Shown one piece after another: positions 26,380-39,818 of a stretch of DNA of 64,000 nucleotides. Source of the stretch: Camelus ferus. Taxonomy: Eukaryota. The stretch covers positions 70,868,001 to 70,932,000 of the forward strand of contig NC_045697.1 of assembly GCF_009834535.1 (NCBI RefSeq), in the 5' to 3' direction. A program made the translations under genes and the position numbers. The notes below the pieces were generated by a model. The model searched no databases. It was not told where the DNA came from and worked only from the letters and a program-made list of their open reading frames with translations. Positions within the stretch are counted from its first letter, which is position 1. Each line of letters starts with the position of its first letter.

Positions 26380-26590
26380 TAGAGTTGGAGTTTGAATTCC
26401 CACTCTGCTACTTGTTAACTGTGTAATCTTTGGCAAATTCCTTTCAGCATCAGCGTTTTTCAACTTAAAAATTAGAACAGTACTAATCGTATCTAGCCCA
26501 GAGGACTCTGGAGAGAATAATTACTCCATATATGCAAAGGCACTAATCATCGTATTGGATACATTGTAAGTACTCACCATGTGTTGATTG
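26380..26590 (+). mobile_element. MIR SINE
   Basis: GAGTTTGAATTCCCACTCTGCTACTTGTTAACTGTGTAATCTTTGGCAAATT...ACATTGTAAGTACTCA. Confidence 0.8.
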
Positions 26591-27945
26591 TATTTCTAAA
26601 TAAGAGTGTACTAGATCCACAAATTAAAATGTTATCATTTAAAATCGCCTTCAAATGAAAGGTCTCCAATGTACCCCCTTTCTTCTTGGATAAATCATGT
26701 GTTTGTTGTCCTAGAAAGAGAGCTATAATTTGACTCTCCATAAAATTTCCTTGATCCTGAGGCTGTAACACTTAAGCATTCAGAGTATTAGAAAGTTGAG
26801 TATCTAAATAGGGTCCTCTGAAAGAATTTTGATTACATTGTATACTCCCATCTTACTGCCTTGGAACAAAATAATTATACTCTTTTGAACACGAGGTTTC
26901 AGTGCACCAACCCAGATTTCTAAAGCTGTGCAGCCTCTGGCCAGATAGAGCTTGATGATATGAAATTCGGTCCACCTTGTTCTCTTGATAACCAAAACAA
27001 TTTTAACAATCATGGAAATTAAAATGCCGTGCAATAGCTGGTAATGTGGCACCGAAGGGGGACAGTGGGTACACTTGAACTCTGCAAAATCTACTTAAAG
27101 ATGTGCTCAGTTTTATCTGAAAAACAAACAAGCAAGCAAATAGTAGCTTTAATTCTTGTTTCTTGGAAAGAAAATTAGGTGCTCTTCCCCTGGCATGTAA
27201 AGAGAGTGCACATGTTAGCATTCAAGACTTTTTAAAACTGCATCTGCATTTTGTCTGGAGAGAAAATGTTAGCATTGCTCCCTTGATTGGCCTGAAACAT
27301 TTTTTGAGTCGACGTGGTACTCATGTTGGTCTCTGTACCTTTCCTCAATCTGGCTGAGAGTGTTTATACCTTCCAGATTTTCTAAGCCATCAGTAGTTTT
27401 CCTGTCCATCACTTCAACAGCACAAGACAGGACCATAACACTGAAAATTTAAGCCAAGGTGAAAGAAAAATTGTGACTTTTCTTGGCCCTCTCCTGGACG
27501 TTAGGTTTCTCCTCTGGCCTTTTACTGAGTTTGCCGAGAGCCATAGCTGCTCATTTATGTGACCCCTTTCTTGCTAAAACCACGTCAAATCTTGTTCTCT
27601 GATTTTACCTATATTCCTGCCCCTCTGTTTACTGGAGTCGATTTTCCTTAAAGATTAGCCTTGCCTAAGACCTCATGACCAAAGATTTATTACTTTCTGC
27701 ATCTTCCTTCCCCCTTGCATTGTAAGAGCATCCTTGTGTTCTGCCTATAGCCCACACACTGACAGAGAAACATTATTTTTTTTTCTACTTCCAAAAGTTT
27801 GCATAATTGCCAGATCTACGTGTGGGAGCTGTGTAACCACGCTGACGCGGGATGAAAGGCAAAGGCAAGTTTTTGTAACTCTGCTACCACTTAGAAGCAC
27901 AGCGTGGCAAAACTAGAGACATGGGAGCTCAAAGAATGTATAAGG

Positions 27946-28145
27946 CAGAGGTTGAAAATTCAAATGCATTTCGAGTCCAGGCAGGTAAAATTATTATGTT
28001 TGGGGATTACACGTAAAACAATAGAGTCTTGGGATCACCGGTGAATTGACTCCAGCCACTGAAAATAATTACACACTGTGCTCTGCAAACAAAGCCTCTA
28101 AGTGAGCCAGAGTCCACCCTTGGCCCATACCAGTTTTGTGATCCA
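27946..28145. mobile_element. hAT-type MITE remnant
   Basis: CAGAGGTTGAAAATTCAAATGC...CCAGGCAGGTAA start and GGCCCATACCAGTTTTGTGATCC end resemble Charlie-family termini. Confidence 0.4.
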
Positions 28146-28306
28146 TAACCGGTCAAATGGCTCTCCTCTCAATTCATTAAACCCTCGCTGAAGAATATAT
28201 TCTCCCCATCACTTTTAAATAACAAAGTCCGGGTATTACCTGATGGCTAAGAAAGCCCTTTCTGCTTTTCACACCAAATATCCAATCCAAAGAAGACCTC
28301 TGCAGT

Positions 28307-28309
28307 GTT

Positions 28310-28341
<32 letters not shown>
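28307..28341. repeat. (GTTTT)n simple repeat
   Basis: Seen directly. Confidence 0.9.
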
Positions 28342-28959
28342 CCTAAAACGCATCTCAGACACAATCAATTCACTTTTAAAGACACAGTTGCAGTGAGGAT
28401 TGTAATCACTTTACATTTTGGTCTTCCACGAAACCCTCCTAACTCTATGTGTATCAGTCTATGGGACACACAACCACAAGAATCACCTTCTTTAAATATA
28501 TCGCAGTAATATTGTTTCTGTGCCTGACAAACTGCAGGGGGCCTCAACCCCTCCCTGTGCTCATTCTAAATTCTTGATGATGACAAGAAATCTTCTTTTT
28601 AACATATTCACCCTTTTTCAATTACGCTTCTCCTCTCTTATTCCCATTTGAACTCATCTTCTTTTTCAAGCAAATTTGCTTCTTACCTTGAACACTAAGC
28701 CAGTTTCTGAATTTTGGCACACATTTTCCCTCTCTCAAATGTCCACTCCATTTTTTTTTTTTCTAGAACTATGCCCTTTGCTCTTTCAAGACATCACTCA
28801 AGACATAAGACCTCAAAGAACAAATCGCAGGCAAACCTGAAGATTTTGGTCATGTCAGTCATGCAAGCATCACCTCAGCACCCCTGGACATATAGAGACT
28901 TTAATGTCTCATAGTTGGTTGTGCATGTAATTACAGGGATTTTACAACTGGAAGTACAG

Positions 28960-29315
28960 AATGATGGTTAAACATGCAGGAATTAGAGCCAGATTAGGTT
29001 CATATCTTTACCCCTCACTTGCTGTGTGATCCGAGGCTAATTAATTAACTTATCTGATCAAAAGATAAGTTTGTCATATGGAAAATAAAGGCATCATGAG
29101 GTTCATTCATTCACTGAGCAAATGTTTATTGAGCATATGCTCCGTGGAAGGATCTGTTATCGGTGGTAACAATACAATAGTGTAAATAAAAAACAAAAAT
29201 GTTGAACCTCATGCAGCTTATGGTCTAGCGGATTGTGGGAAGAATAAATGAGATAATCAATATCTTAGCACAAAGTTTCTCAGTGGTAAGCACTAAATAA
29301 ATGTTAGCTACTAAC
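28960..29315 (+). mobile_element. MIR interrupted by an antisense L2 3' end (~29101-29230)
   Basis: MIR head ATGGTTAAACATGCAGGAATTAGAGCCAGA. Insert TTCATTCATTCACTGAGCAAATGTTTATTGAGCA...GCAGCTTATGGTCTAGCG. MIR resumes GATTGTGGGAAGAATAAATGAGATAAT...TAAATGTTAGCTA. Confidence 0.8.
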
Positions 29316-29727
29316 AATATTTTTTAAGCTAAAATTGGATAGTAACTTGAGGAAATTAGCACATGTCTCATGGAGAAAGTGTAACATGGTTTTAGGATTA
29401 GTTCTGCAAGAATTTTGTAAGACTTGAACTAGGTCTTGCATTTAAAGATCTTTGCAAAGGGTTTGGACCATAAGGTCCATATTTAGGTAAGTGGCAATTG
29501 TCGGTATAGCCGCTGCTGTTGTCATAAATGAAGATGCTCAAAGTGTTCCCATTGCTAGTAGGGCATGAGAAAGTTCAGTCTGCCTGGTCACTGATTTTGT
29601 TGTTTCAAGTACATCATGCTCCCTTAGAAAGGGAGACCCGGGACTTCTTCAGAGCTGCTAGGTCCCTGGTCTCCCCATTGGAGCCATCTTTGTTGCGGCT
29701 CCTATCTCATAGCCACCTTTTTCATCT

Positions 29728-29759
29728 AATCACATAATGAGGAAATCACATAATGAGGA
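29728..29759. repeat. Perfect 16-bp tandem duplication
   Basis: AATCACATAATGAGGA x2. Confidence 0.95.
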
Positions 29760-30172
29760 AACTGTAAATGTTTTCTTTAAAACACCAGTGATTAGATATA
29801 GATGGCAAAACTAACCTTCCCTAAACCAAATGTGGCAGAATCTCTGCAACAAAATGCTGCATGCTCAGAAACAGAAAAGGAGCAGGAGCGAGGAAATTTG
29901 GTCCAGAGATCCCAGAAAAACTATTTACTGGCAATTCTGTCTATATCTGACTTGTTGGAATCTGAATCATTAGTGTCTTGATAGCAAGTAATTACTTCCT
30001 CTGAGATCAAGGTAACGAGGGAAATGGCCTTGGCTTTGAACTTCATAGCAGAATTAAGATTGAACTTGTTTTACAGATAAGTGGCCTAAAGGCAGAGGCA
30101 GGATAAGGGACTAATGGATCATTGATGGAGAAAGAAGGCTTACATTTGGCCCCTTTAAGGCTTTTATGCCAA

Positions 30173-30188
30173 CCCCCCCCCCCCCCCC
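30173..30188. repeat. C16 homopolymer (G16 on minus strand)
   Basis: Seen directly. Confidence 0.95.
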
Positions 30189-30959
30189 GGGCACCATCCG
30201 GCAGGAGAGGAACTCTGTATTTTGGAAACAAAACTGCCTGAATATAATCTGCACAGAGATTAAACACTGTTTTCAAAAAGAGCCTCTTCCGGACTATTTT
30301 AAGAGGACCTTCGGGATCACCCAGCTCATTTCCTCTCTGACTCACCTGATGCAGTTTTCAGTCACAGCAAGTAGAAGGAACCTAGTATCTTCTCTTATTT
30401 ACTTCCCACAAAATGCCTCGTTTTATCAACAAGGAAAATGAAGTTCAGGAAAAAGATATTTCCCAGCCAGCAAGTTGGTAAGGCCATAATGCAGACCTTG
30501 GTCTGCTGATCTCCAGAGCCAATGCTTTATTCTTGTTGCTCATTATAAACACATTAAGTGCTGTGGTTTGGAGGTTGGTTCACAAGTATGAATGTGGGTG
30601 ACTTTCCCATCACTACCACCACACTGGGTTTCTAAGGCTCTGTGAGCCTTTGCTTGAGTTCAAGATTGTCATAGGAGGATGTCCCAGTGGTGTTCTTATG
30701 GGATTAGTCAGGGAGATAGAATGAAGGCTTGGGATTCTAATGGCCTTGATCTCTGTTGGATGTAACTGTTCAAGGTGTTGGTTGTTGACAAAGCGAAGTG
30801 TGGACGAAAGGGGAAGGTAGTTTGAACTGGACTGTTGCATTTGTCGGATTAGCTCAGATGACAGCTGAAGTCTGCAGAGAATGATTCAGCTCACACACAG
30901 CTCCTAGGTGCTCATTTCTGCCCAGGTGACCCCTCCAGTGACGCTCTATGCTATTGTCA

Positions 30960-31095
30960 TTCTAAGCATGCAGCTTTGGTATCACCTGGGGGGTTAGTGG
31001 AAATGCAGAATTTCCAGCTCCAGATCTACCAAATCAAAGTCTACATTTTAACCACATTCCCCAGGGAATCTTTATGTTAGAGTTAGAAGTAGTCC
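30960..31095. mobile_element. MER5A-like hAT MITE fragment
   Basis: GTATCACCTGGGGGGTTAGTGGAAATGCAGAATTTCCAGCTCCAGATCTACCAAATCAAAGTCTACATTTTAACCACATTCCCCAGG. Confidence 0.75.
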
Positions 31096-31854
31096 GATAT
31101 GTTATTTCTATACTAGGCTTAGGACAGAAGAAATCTTTGTGAAGCTTTCTTTGGTCTTATTTGCCTGAGCTTCCTCACAATCTCTCATTCTAACTGCCTC
31201 CCTGGGAATCTGCCTGGTAAACAGAACCCAGGGCTCCTCTCCCTGGGAACTATCAACTCCTCTATGCTCATCACCTACCTGCCTCTCTCCTCTTCCTGGG
31301 CCCCAGGGAATTTTTTTCCCTAGCCTTGGTGGACCTACTCTTTTCCATTGTTTGTCCCAAATTTTTTTTAATATATCTTCACTTAGGTCTATTAAGGGCT
31401 TAAGTGCTTTTGGAACAAAAAAGTCCAAAAGACTAGGAATCTAATTTCCAGATCCACCCTGCCCTCAACCCTGAGCTGAGGCAATTAAATAGAACCAACT
31501 CTCTGTTGAAATTAAGTCAAAATAAGGGAATAAAGAAAGGTGGGGCTGGGAGCATGGAGAGAATTGATTAATTTATCAGAAAAGTAAGCTACCACACTTA
31601 TACATGATGCGTTCTAATGAAATATTCTTCATGGTGTGTTTCTGTCTATGTTATTGCTTTTTGTAGATTCCTAGAAACTAAGGCCTCATTCTCCTTTCTA
31701 CCTTGGATCCACATAGATGCTAAGAATATTTCCAGATAGTTGTGGTTGACTTAAAGCACCTCTGGCTTGAGATTATTCAGCTAGAAAATGACCCCATGTC
31801 TTTCCACTCTGAGCACATGGGGAGGTCGTCCAGGCCGGCAGCTAACAATGTGAG

Positions 31855-32050
31855 CGCTGCTATCCGACTGTGCTATTCTCTAGCTGAGTGGCTCTGGGTG
31901 AGTCTCTTAATGTCTCTCGCCTTTTTCTTCTTGTGGATGAGCACAATAACATTATACCAACTTCAGAGAGTGTTTATAAGATTAAACGACAAGTTGCATG
32001 TAAATGTTAATACTCTACCTGGCATTTGGCATGCCTAATAAACTTGAGCT
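31855..32050 (+). mobile_element. MIR SINE
   Basis: CTAGCTGAGTGGCTCTGGGTGAGTCTCTTAATGTCTCT...AAGATTAAA...CCTGGCATTTGGCATGCCTAATAAA. Confidence 0.7.
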
Positions 32051-32284
32051 TCTCTTATAATTTCAGAATTACTATCCATGAAGTGTTAATATTCACTCAG
32101 GCCAACTAGACAATTATGAAGGTTTCAATCTAGACTCCTAATGTTGAAAATCATTATTTCAAAATTTTAGTTGGAAACAAGGTCAATATAATACTAATAA
32201 TATATTTACTGAGCATGAACTCTGTGCCACCTTCTCATGTGGAATCCTCACAACTCTTTGGAGACAGTTCCTATTTTCATCCCT

Positions 32285-32670
32285 CTCTTTCACCTGATCA
32301 CCAAACCTATTTTCTCTTTCCCTGGCCCATAGCTGGAGACCGGGCAGACAGCCTAGGTGTGGCCATGTAACTGAGTGGAGAGGAACGTGTGAGGCAAGGA
32401 TTACACAACTTCCAGGCTTGATCCACTAGAATCCACCCTGTGCCGTCCCCTGTGCTCTTTCCTCCTCCATGGCAACCCTGAAAAGTGTATGTTAAAGATG
32501 GAGGAGCTACAAGAGGGAAGGTCCTGGGTTCCTCACTGCCTCTTAGAGGAAAGCCACCAGCAGATCAAGAAAAGTCATTTTGGATTTTATATAAGTGAGA
32601 AATACCTTTCCATTATGTTTCCTTTCCAGCATGTGTTTGTTACAGCAGCTAATCTCACCTTAACTAATGC
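32285..32670 (+). mobile_element. MaLR LTR (MLT1G/H-like) inserted in an antisense MIR (~32195-32765)
   Basis: TAGGTGTGGCCATGTAACTGAG...AAGATGGAGGAGCTACAAGAGGGAAGGTCCTGGGTTCC...TGTTTGTTACAGCAGCTAATCTCACCTTAACTAATGCA. MIR pieces lie on both sides. Confidence 0.8.
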
Positions 32671-33354
32671 ATTCAGTCTATCTAAAGTCACATGGCTCAT
32701 AATGAGGGACTGGAATTCTAGATCAGTTAAACCCCAAAGCCTGTGCTCTCATTCATCACACTATTCTGGCATCAAGTTTCACCTGAAAGCCAAAAAAGTG
32801 GTCTATTTTAGCCACCTACCAAATTATGCCAAATAGTAAACACTAGAAGGGGACAAATCTGAAATCTAGAAACATCTCAGCTGGGTTGTTTTCAGAAGCC
32901 AGTGCATGAATCAGCTGGTTTGTGAGCCCTGGGAATCTCCTAAGCTGTCATCAGATGGTCTCAGGCAATGTCACTTTATTAGGAAAACAAGTTTGCCTCA
33001 AGAACCCATCATTGATTTTTTGAAATCTGTTGTTAGTTTTACTTCTCTCTCTGTGGGGTATTGAACCAGTGCCTTGTATGTTTGGAGCCTCTAATGAGGT
33101 TGGTAATGGTCCTATAAACTCTCCATGGAACTCACACCTCTAATTGAGAATCAGACATGAGATTGGCCAGAGCCCAGGGAATATTCTCAAAGTGTGGGCT
33201 TATGGTGGCAACTGTTTGCTTAGAAGCCTCAGGGGAACTTCTCCCTCCCGGAGCCTTAAAGGACTAATGCAGGCATCACTCCACTTGTTGGAACAGAAGC
33301 TCTGTAGTGAATCAGAAAACAACACCTGTAACAACAACAGTAAACACCTGCGTG

Positions 33355-33530
33355 GCACATGCACATAACAAGTGCTTTCAAGGGTACATCTCAGCATCGG
33401 TAGGCATTGGGACAATCTCCATTTTACTGATGGGGTTCTTGAGAATCAGTGAAGCTAAGTGACTTGCCAAGAGCATAATAAAATAGGGTACGAACATCGG
33501 CCTTCTAACTCCAAATCCATCACAAAGCTC
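33355..33530 (-). mobile_element. MIR SINE
   Basis: CTCCATTTTACTGATGGGG...GCTAAGTGACTTGCCAAG...TTCTAACTCCAAATCC. Confidence 0.7.
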
Positions 33531-33596
33531 TTCCACTCCCTGTACCTAAATTCTCAGAGAGCCTAGTAAGCTCACTGCAATAAAAATCAATGCGGC

Positions 33597-33717
33597 CATG
33601 ATGGAAAAGAATATGAAAAGGAATATATTTATATGGACAACCGAATCACTATGCTATACACCAGAAATTAACACAACATTGTAAATCAGTTGTACTTTAA
33701 TAAAAGAAAAAGAAAAG
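33597..33717 (+). mobile_element. L1 3' end, 5'-truncated
   Basis: ATGGAAAAGAATATGAAAAGGAATATAT...CCGAATCACTATGCTATACACCAGAAATTAACACAACATTGTAAATCAG...AATAAAAG. Confidence 0.9.
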
Positions 33718-34659
33718 CACATATTAGAATCCCTCACACATAATAAATGTTCAACTAAAAACAAATCAGTGGAGCTGATTCTCATATTCTTTCAAATGAT
33801 GGAAGCTCACCTACAGACAAAACGATATGGCTGATGAGTGAGGGTCTGTTCAGGCATCACCCCTGCCCTCCTCCCTGTCCGCACAGGCCCCTGCCTCCAC
33901 CAGACTCGTGGCCCTTCAGATCTGCCACATTTGTCTTAATAATTCTGTGCCTTATGCAGCAGACAGTATGGCTTGTGTAATTAATTTTTCTAGCTCCAAA
34001 GTCTGGAAGCAGAACTCTCGCGGGTGGGGTCTGAGCTTCTCCCTTCTACGCAGAGCTCGGCCTGACTAAAGTCAAGTGAAAGAACCCTAGCAGAAGACAA
34101 CGATGCTTTCTCTGCTTGGCAACCCTCTCCCAAGGCAAAGCCTAAGAATATTTACACATGCAAAGGGGAGCATCAGGTTTGTTGTGTTCAGAAGGCTCAT
34201 TACCACCAGTTCCATCTCCTCAGTGCAGTGAGCTGCAAATCTGTGTTCCCACCTTACCACAGTGTATGGTTCAAAAAAATCTAAAGATGGGCTAAAAATA
34301 CCCAAGCCAGATTCCGTGCTTCTGTGAGAAGGCTGAGCACACCGGTGACATTCATGGTAAAGACAGCACCAACATTATACACAACAAGTAGTGTCCTGAT
34401 GAGTTAATTGCCCCAACTGAACGTAAGTGCAGTGCAGGAGAAGCGAATGTTAATGCCTGAGACATTCCTTTTTCACACAGGAAAGGAAACCCCACATGGA
34501 GATTTAAGATCTTACGAAAACTTGTGCAAAGATAACTTTAAAGGAGAAAAAGAACTGCTCAGATTTGTAGATGAGGCGATCTCATGAATAAAATATCATA
34601 CTTCATCAGTTTTAAAAGAAAAAATAAGACTATTTAGCACAGTTCTGTGTCCTTCCCAC

Positions 34660-34920
34660 TCAGCATGGATCAGTGGAAAGAGTAGGTGCTTAAAAACAAA
34701 TACCTGAAGTCTAAGTTCCTTTGTTCCCCTCTAACTGGTTATGTGGTGATGACCAAGTTTATGAACTGCTCTGTCTCCATTTTCATATATTATACATATA
34801 TATAAACATTGGGGATAATGCCTATTTCTCCCAGGATGTTTTAAAAATTAAATACAATTGCACAATACACAGTGCCTGGAGTAGCATCCAATACATAATA
34901 GATATTCAGTAAATATCAAT
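34660..34920 (+). mobile_element. MIR SINE
   Basis: CAGTGGAAAGAG...TGACCAAGTTTATGAACTGCTCTGTCTCCATTTTC...GGGGATAATGCCTATTTC...ACAGTGCCTGG. Confidence 0.75.
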
Positions 34921-37619
34921 TCCCCCTTCACTCTGCACTGCAAGGAGTAGAATGAAGAATGCTCTACGTTTTCTTTCTGATAAGTCATCGTATGCATTCT
35001 GCAGGATAACGCTCAAGTCTCCATCCCCAGTTCTTCCCCACCACAGAAGAAAACAATATATGTGAAAAATCTTGTGAAGAATCTACAAGTGTTACTAGGG
35101 TAGAAGACGACCTTTTGAGTTCTCCAGCTGGGAAAAGCAAAATTGATTCACCTGGTAGTGCTAAGAGAAAACAAAAAATAGTAAGTAGCTTAATCACCAT
35201 AAAATGTGCTACTTCAGCAGAACTTAATAGTGACTAACAAAATATTAATACTAATAAAACATTTCCATTTTCTAGGTATATTTTAAAAACCCCTTCTCTG
35301 ATACAACATTTCATGAGTCCAATAAAATTTGGAATGTTTACATATTGGATTGTTGTTGGTCTATTAAAATCATATGCAAAGAATTTAACATCTTTTTTGG
35401 GGAGGTGGGAAGATATTCACTGTTTCCTTGAGAAAATAAAAGAGAATGTCATTTTTCTTTATATCAAGAGAAGAATTTGATTATGCTTACTTGGTGTTAA
35501 CTGAACAAGTAGTCCTCTGGGCAGTTCTACCACGTAAGCATGTGTCCATATGTGCAGAGGTTCACACTCACGTACAGTCATCCAGGCTTCCTAGAACCGT
35601 ATTATAAATGACTCCCTTCTTCAGTACACTTCAGAAGGACCATGAGGCTTAGTAAATGTAAATTTATAACCCAAATAATAGCCACGAATCCATTCATCTC
35701 TATTACTTCTAAGGAATCAAATTTAATATTAGCAAGACTGCCTTAATATAGAATCACATGAGCAACAGAGTCAGGTTTTCAAGAAGACAGCCTTTGCTGA
35801 ACCTCATATGCTTAAATCAATAACCGTAATGTTGTTAAGAGCTCTGTAAATCCGTATTCATTTTCTTTCCATCACTCTCAACCTTTGGATTCATGAAGTG
35901 CAAATAAAATGCAAACGATGACAACTAAGCAAAGCAGGGAAATGCTACACAAATGTCAGGGGCAATTGAGGATTTGGGGGGAAAAAGGGCAAACATTTAC
36001 TTCAGGAAATGTGAACATCAGGAACTGGACATATCTCGAAAGGTATCACTTCTTGAAGGATGACAAAGCAATATAAACTCCAAAAGCCACAAAATCATAA
36101 TTTGTTATTATATGACATTCCTAAATCTCATGTCATTTGAGATGTTATTTCTCCAGGTGCCAAGTTCCAAGCTTTTTTGCAAATTTCTGGGCTGCACTCC
36201 ACATCTCAACCTAGGCCAGGCCAGTGGAGAACTTACCCCAGTCTAGAAATGAAATTCTTTTTGCTTTAAGTGAAAAAATATGAAAAGAAAGAACGTTTGA
36301 AAAATGCTGATGAAATGTAACTTTTCCCCACAATAATTTTCTGGCACTTATGACAAAGATCCTCTGTTACTTACAACTTTCAGTGAATTTCATTCTTGGC
36401 TTAGTTGCAACCCAAAGAACTGACAGGAGAGGGATATTAATATATCTCTGAGGGGTGAGGGAGCTGTTTTTCAAGTTGATTGAAGCATTGAGTGTTTGGA
36501 ACACCTCATACTTCAGTAAAACCCAATTTTCTCTTACAGGTTTCACTCAGTAGCAAGAAGGCACTCTTATTCCAATGGTTAGATTCCAACAGCATCTCTA
36601 AAAGAGAAAAGATACTCTGCAGTGATGTTTAGGAGTTTTTGTTATTTGCAAATGTACTTCCACCTTGTCCGGTTCCAGTGAATTCTAACCGCGGAGGCAA
36701 GGCGTCAGACTTCTAATGATTTGTAGAGAACTACGCTACCAGAAGTTTTACATATTCCTCATGTCTGAGCCCTCTGGGTTTCTTGGAAGCACATGGCCAG
36801 GGATTTGCTGGCAGATTAGAATGATATTTTACAGCAAATAATTAGATGGGAGAGAAAGGGGATTTCAGTGGGGTGCTGTGGTGTGTAAGATGGGAAATAC
36901 GGACATTTTCTGGTAGGGAGACATTAAAAATTTCAAGAAGATTCATGAATTCAACAATCCATGTTGTCAGGCCTTCAGATAGCTCCCTTCTAGTCACGAA
37001 GTCACCCCAGGCTATCGGCGGTAATGGGAGCTGGAAAAGCTGTAAAGGATTTTTAACCTTTCTGTTGAATCTCTGAGGTACTGGGAAGAAAATCAAACAC
37101 AAGGAAGGCTGTTTATAGTCATCGAGGTATCTGGGCGGTCCATTCTGAAAACTGCTATCATCAGCTAGAACCTTTGCCAGGGGTTTTCAAATCTGAGAGA
37201 TCGCTCACAAAGGCTTCCTCAATTCCTCTGTCATAGGTGAGAGCTGCTGTTTTGATTGTTTTAGTAATTGACAGAAAGTCAAACACATTTCAAATATGAG
37301 GAGAGCTTGGGAGAACTTGAATCAAGATCCTGTTTGGAAAGTACATTCTGGTTGTTAGTAAGGGAGTTAGGGCTCCCTGTTTAAACCCCAAGTTTAGGAA
37401 AGATGTGAAAGTAAGTCTTAGAAGCAAACGGTTCACTTTCCAAAACCTTCACAGTTAATTAATTACCCGAGGAAAGGTGCTACTTTCATTAAGGTTCCAC
37501 TGCAGATTTTAACATGGCTGAGAGTTAATAAAATATGAATTAACTTAGTCCCAAAGTAGGGTCTCAACTCTTCTCCAAATTGTATGTAAATTCCACTTAC
37601 TCTGATTGAGGGGTAAACT

Positions 37620-37805
37620 TCAATTCATTTACTTAGCCCTTAATCTATGTCAGATGCAGTTTAACCACATGATATGACCTCAGTAAATTTTCACATTAAC
37701 TCCATGAAGTACATATCATTATTATTCCTGTTTTGAAGATATGAAAATTAAGGTCATGGTCAGATAGCTGTTTTGCAGTAAAGCTTGGATTCCAACCTAC
37801 CAATG
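37620..37805 (-). mobile_element. MIR SINE
   Basis: CTATGTCAGATGCAG...TAACTCCATGAAGTACATATCATTATTATTCCTGTTTTGAAGATATGAAAATTAAGG. Confidence 0.65.
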
Positions 37806-39138
37806 ATCTGTTAACACCTGATTTTCCTGTACATGATATTGGAGTTTATTGGACAGATCATGTACAGCAAAAGGAAAATTTTATAAAGACAGTGAAGGTA
37901 AGATTACTGGTGGCACCTAATCCTGGAAAACAAAGACCACTGAATCCGAGTAAGTCCAAAGCAGCTTTCCCAGGAACTTATGAATAATCATATACCAATA
38001 GTCCAACCAAAAATTGACCAAAATGCACCATCTTTCACCAGCAGTAACCTTGATACACAGCACATGATGAAGTAACTGCTTCTTAACTCTTCACCCTGAC
38101 CACTGAGCATCAGCAACAGAAATGTTTATAAGGGGGGATAGGTTAGCCTGTTTAACTATTCAGAGCAATAATAATTACTATTTAATTTTGCAAAAAGATT
38201 CAGGTATTCTTTGACAGAATGGAGCATTTGACATTCTGTGTTTTTTGTTTGTTGTCTTTTTTGTTTTGATTTTGATCAAGAGCAGATGTTGACAGTAGCA
38301 GATAAAATGCGCATAAGTCTGCAGTTTAATCAATAGTAGGACGTGCAGCTCTGTGAGTGATGTGATTTTTTCCTCTTTGGCGTATCAGCATTTTGTCAGG
38401 GGAAACTCAACAGAACTTTCCTCTTCCTACAACCTATCCTAACTCCTTCCCTTCACCTCTTTTCTCTCCCCAGCACCACCAAATTGCTGGAGGGGTTGCT
38501 TTGGCCACTGGATCTAAATAATCTCAGCTCTAACCATACTGCATCAGAAATTGTTAGTAAAATTGAGCTGTGATACACTAGGAACATCCAGAGATTTGGC
38601 TCTCAAGGAAACCATGTTTTCTCCCTTCTGAATTCCAAAATGTCTGTAGGAGAGCACAAGAAAACCTGCAGAAGCAGAGGCCTGAGGAACCCAGTAGAAA
38701 TTATCATGATAATGAGTTTTGTTTTTTTTTTCAAATTCCTGGGGGAAGAAAAACTCCTTGAGTTTTCTGCCTACAGAACAGAATAGTGTGGGATTCAGGC
38801 TGTTAGCTTCCTCCTTCTTGACTTCTTCAGGAACTTTGTATTTCTACTTAAGTGTGTGTTACATAAAATGGGGTTGCTTGACCTGCCTGTGATGGTTGCA
38901 GGAGTTAGTAACTTTGTGTTGCTGATTAGTGCGTGCACTCAGTTGAGGATTAGCAGAAGCTGCTAGCTTTGTTAGTACTGAGGCTGGGCTTCCACCATCA
39001 GCAGGACGCACAGCAGATCTCTGCTAACATAGATGCCCTGGTCCTAGTCTCCACTCTTACTCCACTCACTCACAACACCCCGTACAGTTACTAGCCAGCT
39101 GTGAAATGAAACAGGCGCTCTGATAATCTCTCTTTCTA

Positions 39139-39178
39139 TACACAAACACACACACACGCACACATGCACACATACACA
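39139..39178. repeat. Imperfect (CA)n
   Basis: Seen directly. Confidence 0.85.
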
Positions 39179-39796
39179 ATTTTCTGCAACAGTATCCCAC
39201 TGTGGAGAGGAACAAAAGCTATCATTTCATTGAAAAGAGTCCCTTAGAGATGGGAGGGCAGGAGAGTATAACCGCTCTTCAGTTTCTAGAGGAACCACTC
39301 TCTAATAGGTGCTATACCCCAAGTCAAGGAGGGGTCACATGTTGTTTTTGCCACAACTCACATCCTAAACTCTATGTCCTTTCTCCTTGGACAGGATAAA
39401 GCCAAGGATAGCACTGTTCACCTCAGCTAGAAAGTCATTACATCTTCAAACCCTTGGTGCTAGGAGAGCCTTCTTTTTGCTAAAAATTGTGACAGCATGA
39501 TGTCACCCAAACTGGGTCTAGTCGCTTGCTCTTCCTTTTCACAAATGTGTAGAAAACCAGAGGCCATGCAGGAAACTTGGAATGAGGAAAGAGATACACT
39601 GTTTGCTATGAGTTTGATGAGAGTTGAGTAGTTTTTCAGCCTGTGCATGATCTGACTGCTGGCTTGGAAACCCTGTTGAGAGCTTTGGTTACAGAGATTT
39701 CATCATCAAAGATCTTGTCTGGCAAACGCTTTCCTACCCCACCTTTCCTTCCATGGATCGCTTGTATTTTAATAGTAAACTATCAACTTTGATTTC

Positions 39797-39818
39797 TTTT
39801 TTTTTTTTTTTTTTTTTT
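39797..39818. repeat. Poly-T tract
   Basis: Seen directly. Confidence 0.9.

Noticed and set aside
30600..30840. NUMT (G/T-skewed strand)
   Set aside because: No recognisable mitochondrial gene, rRNA or tRNA sequence in either orientation by eye.
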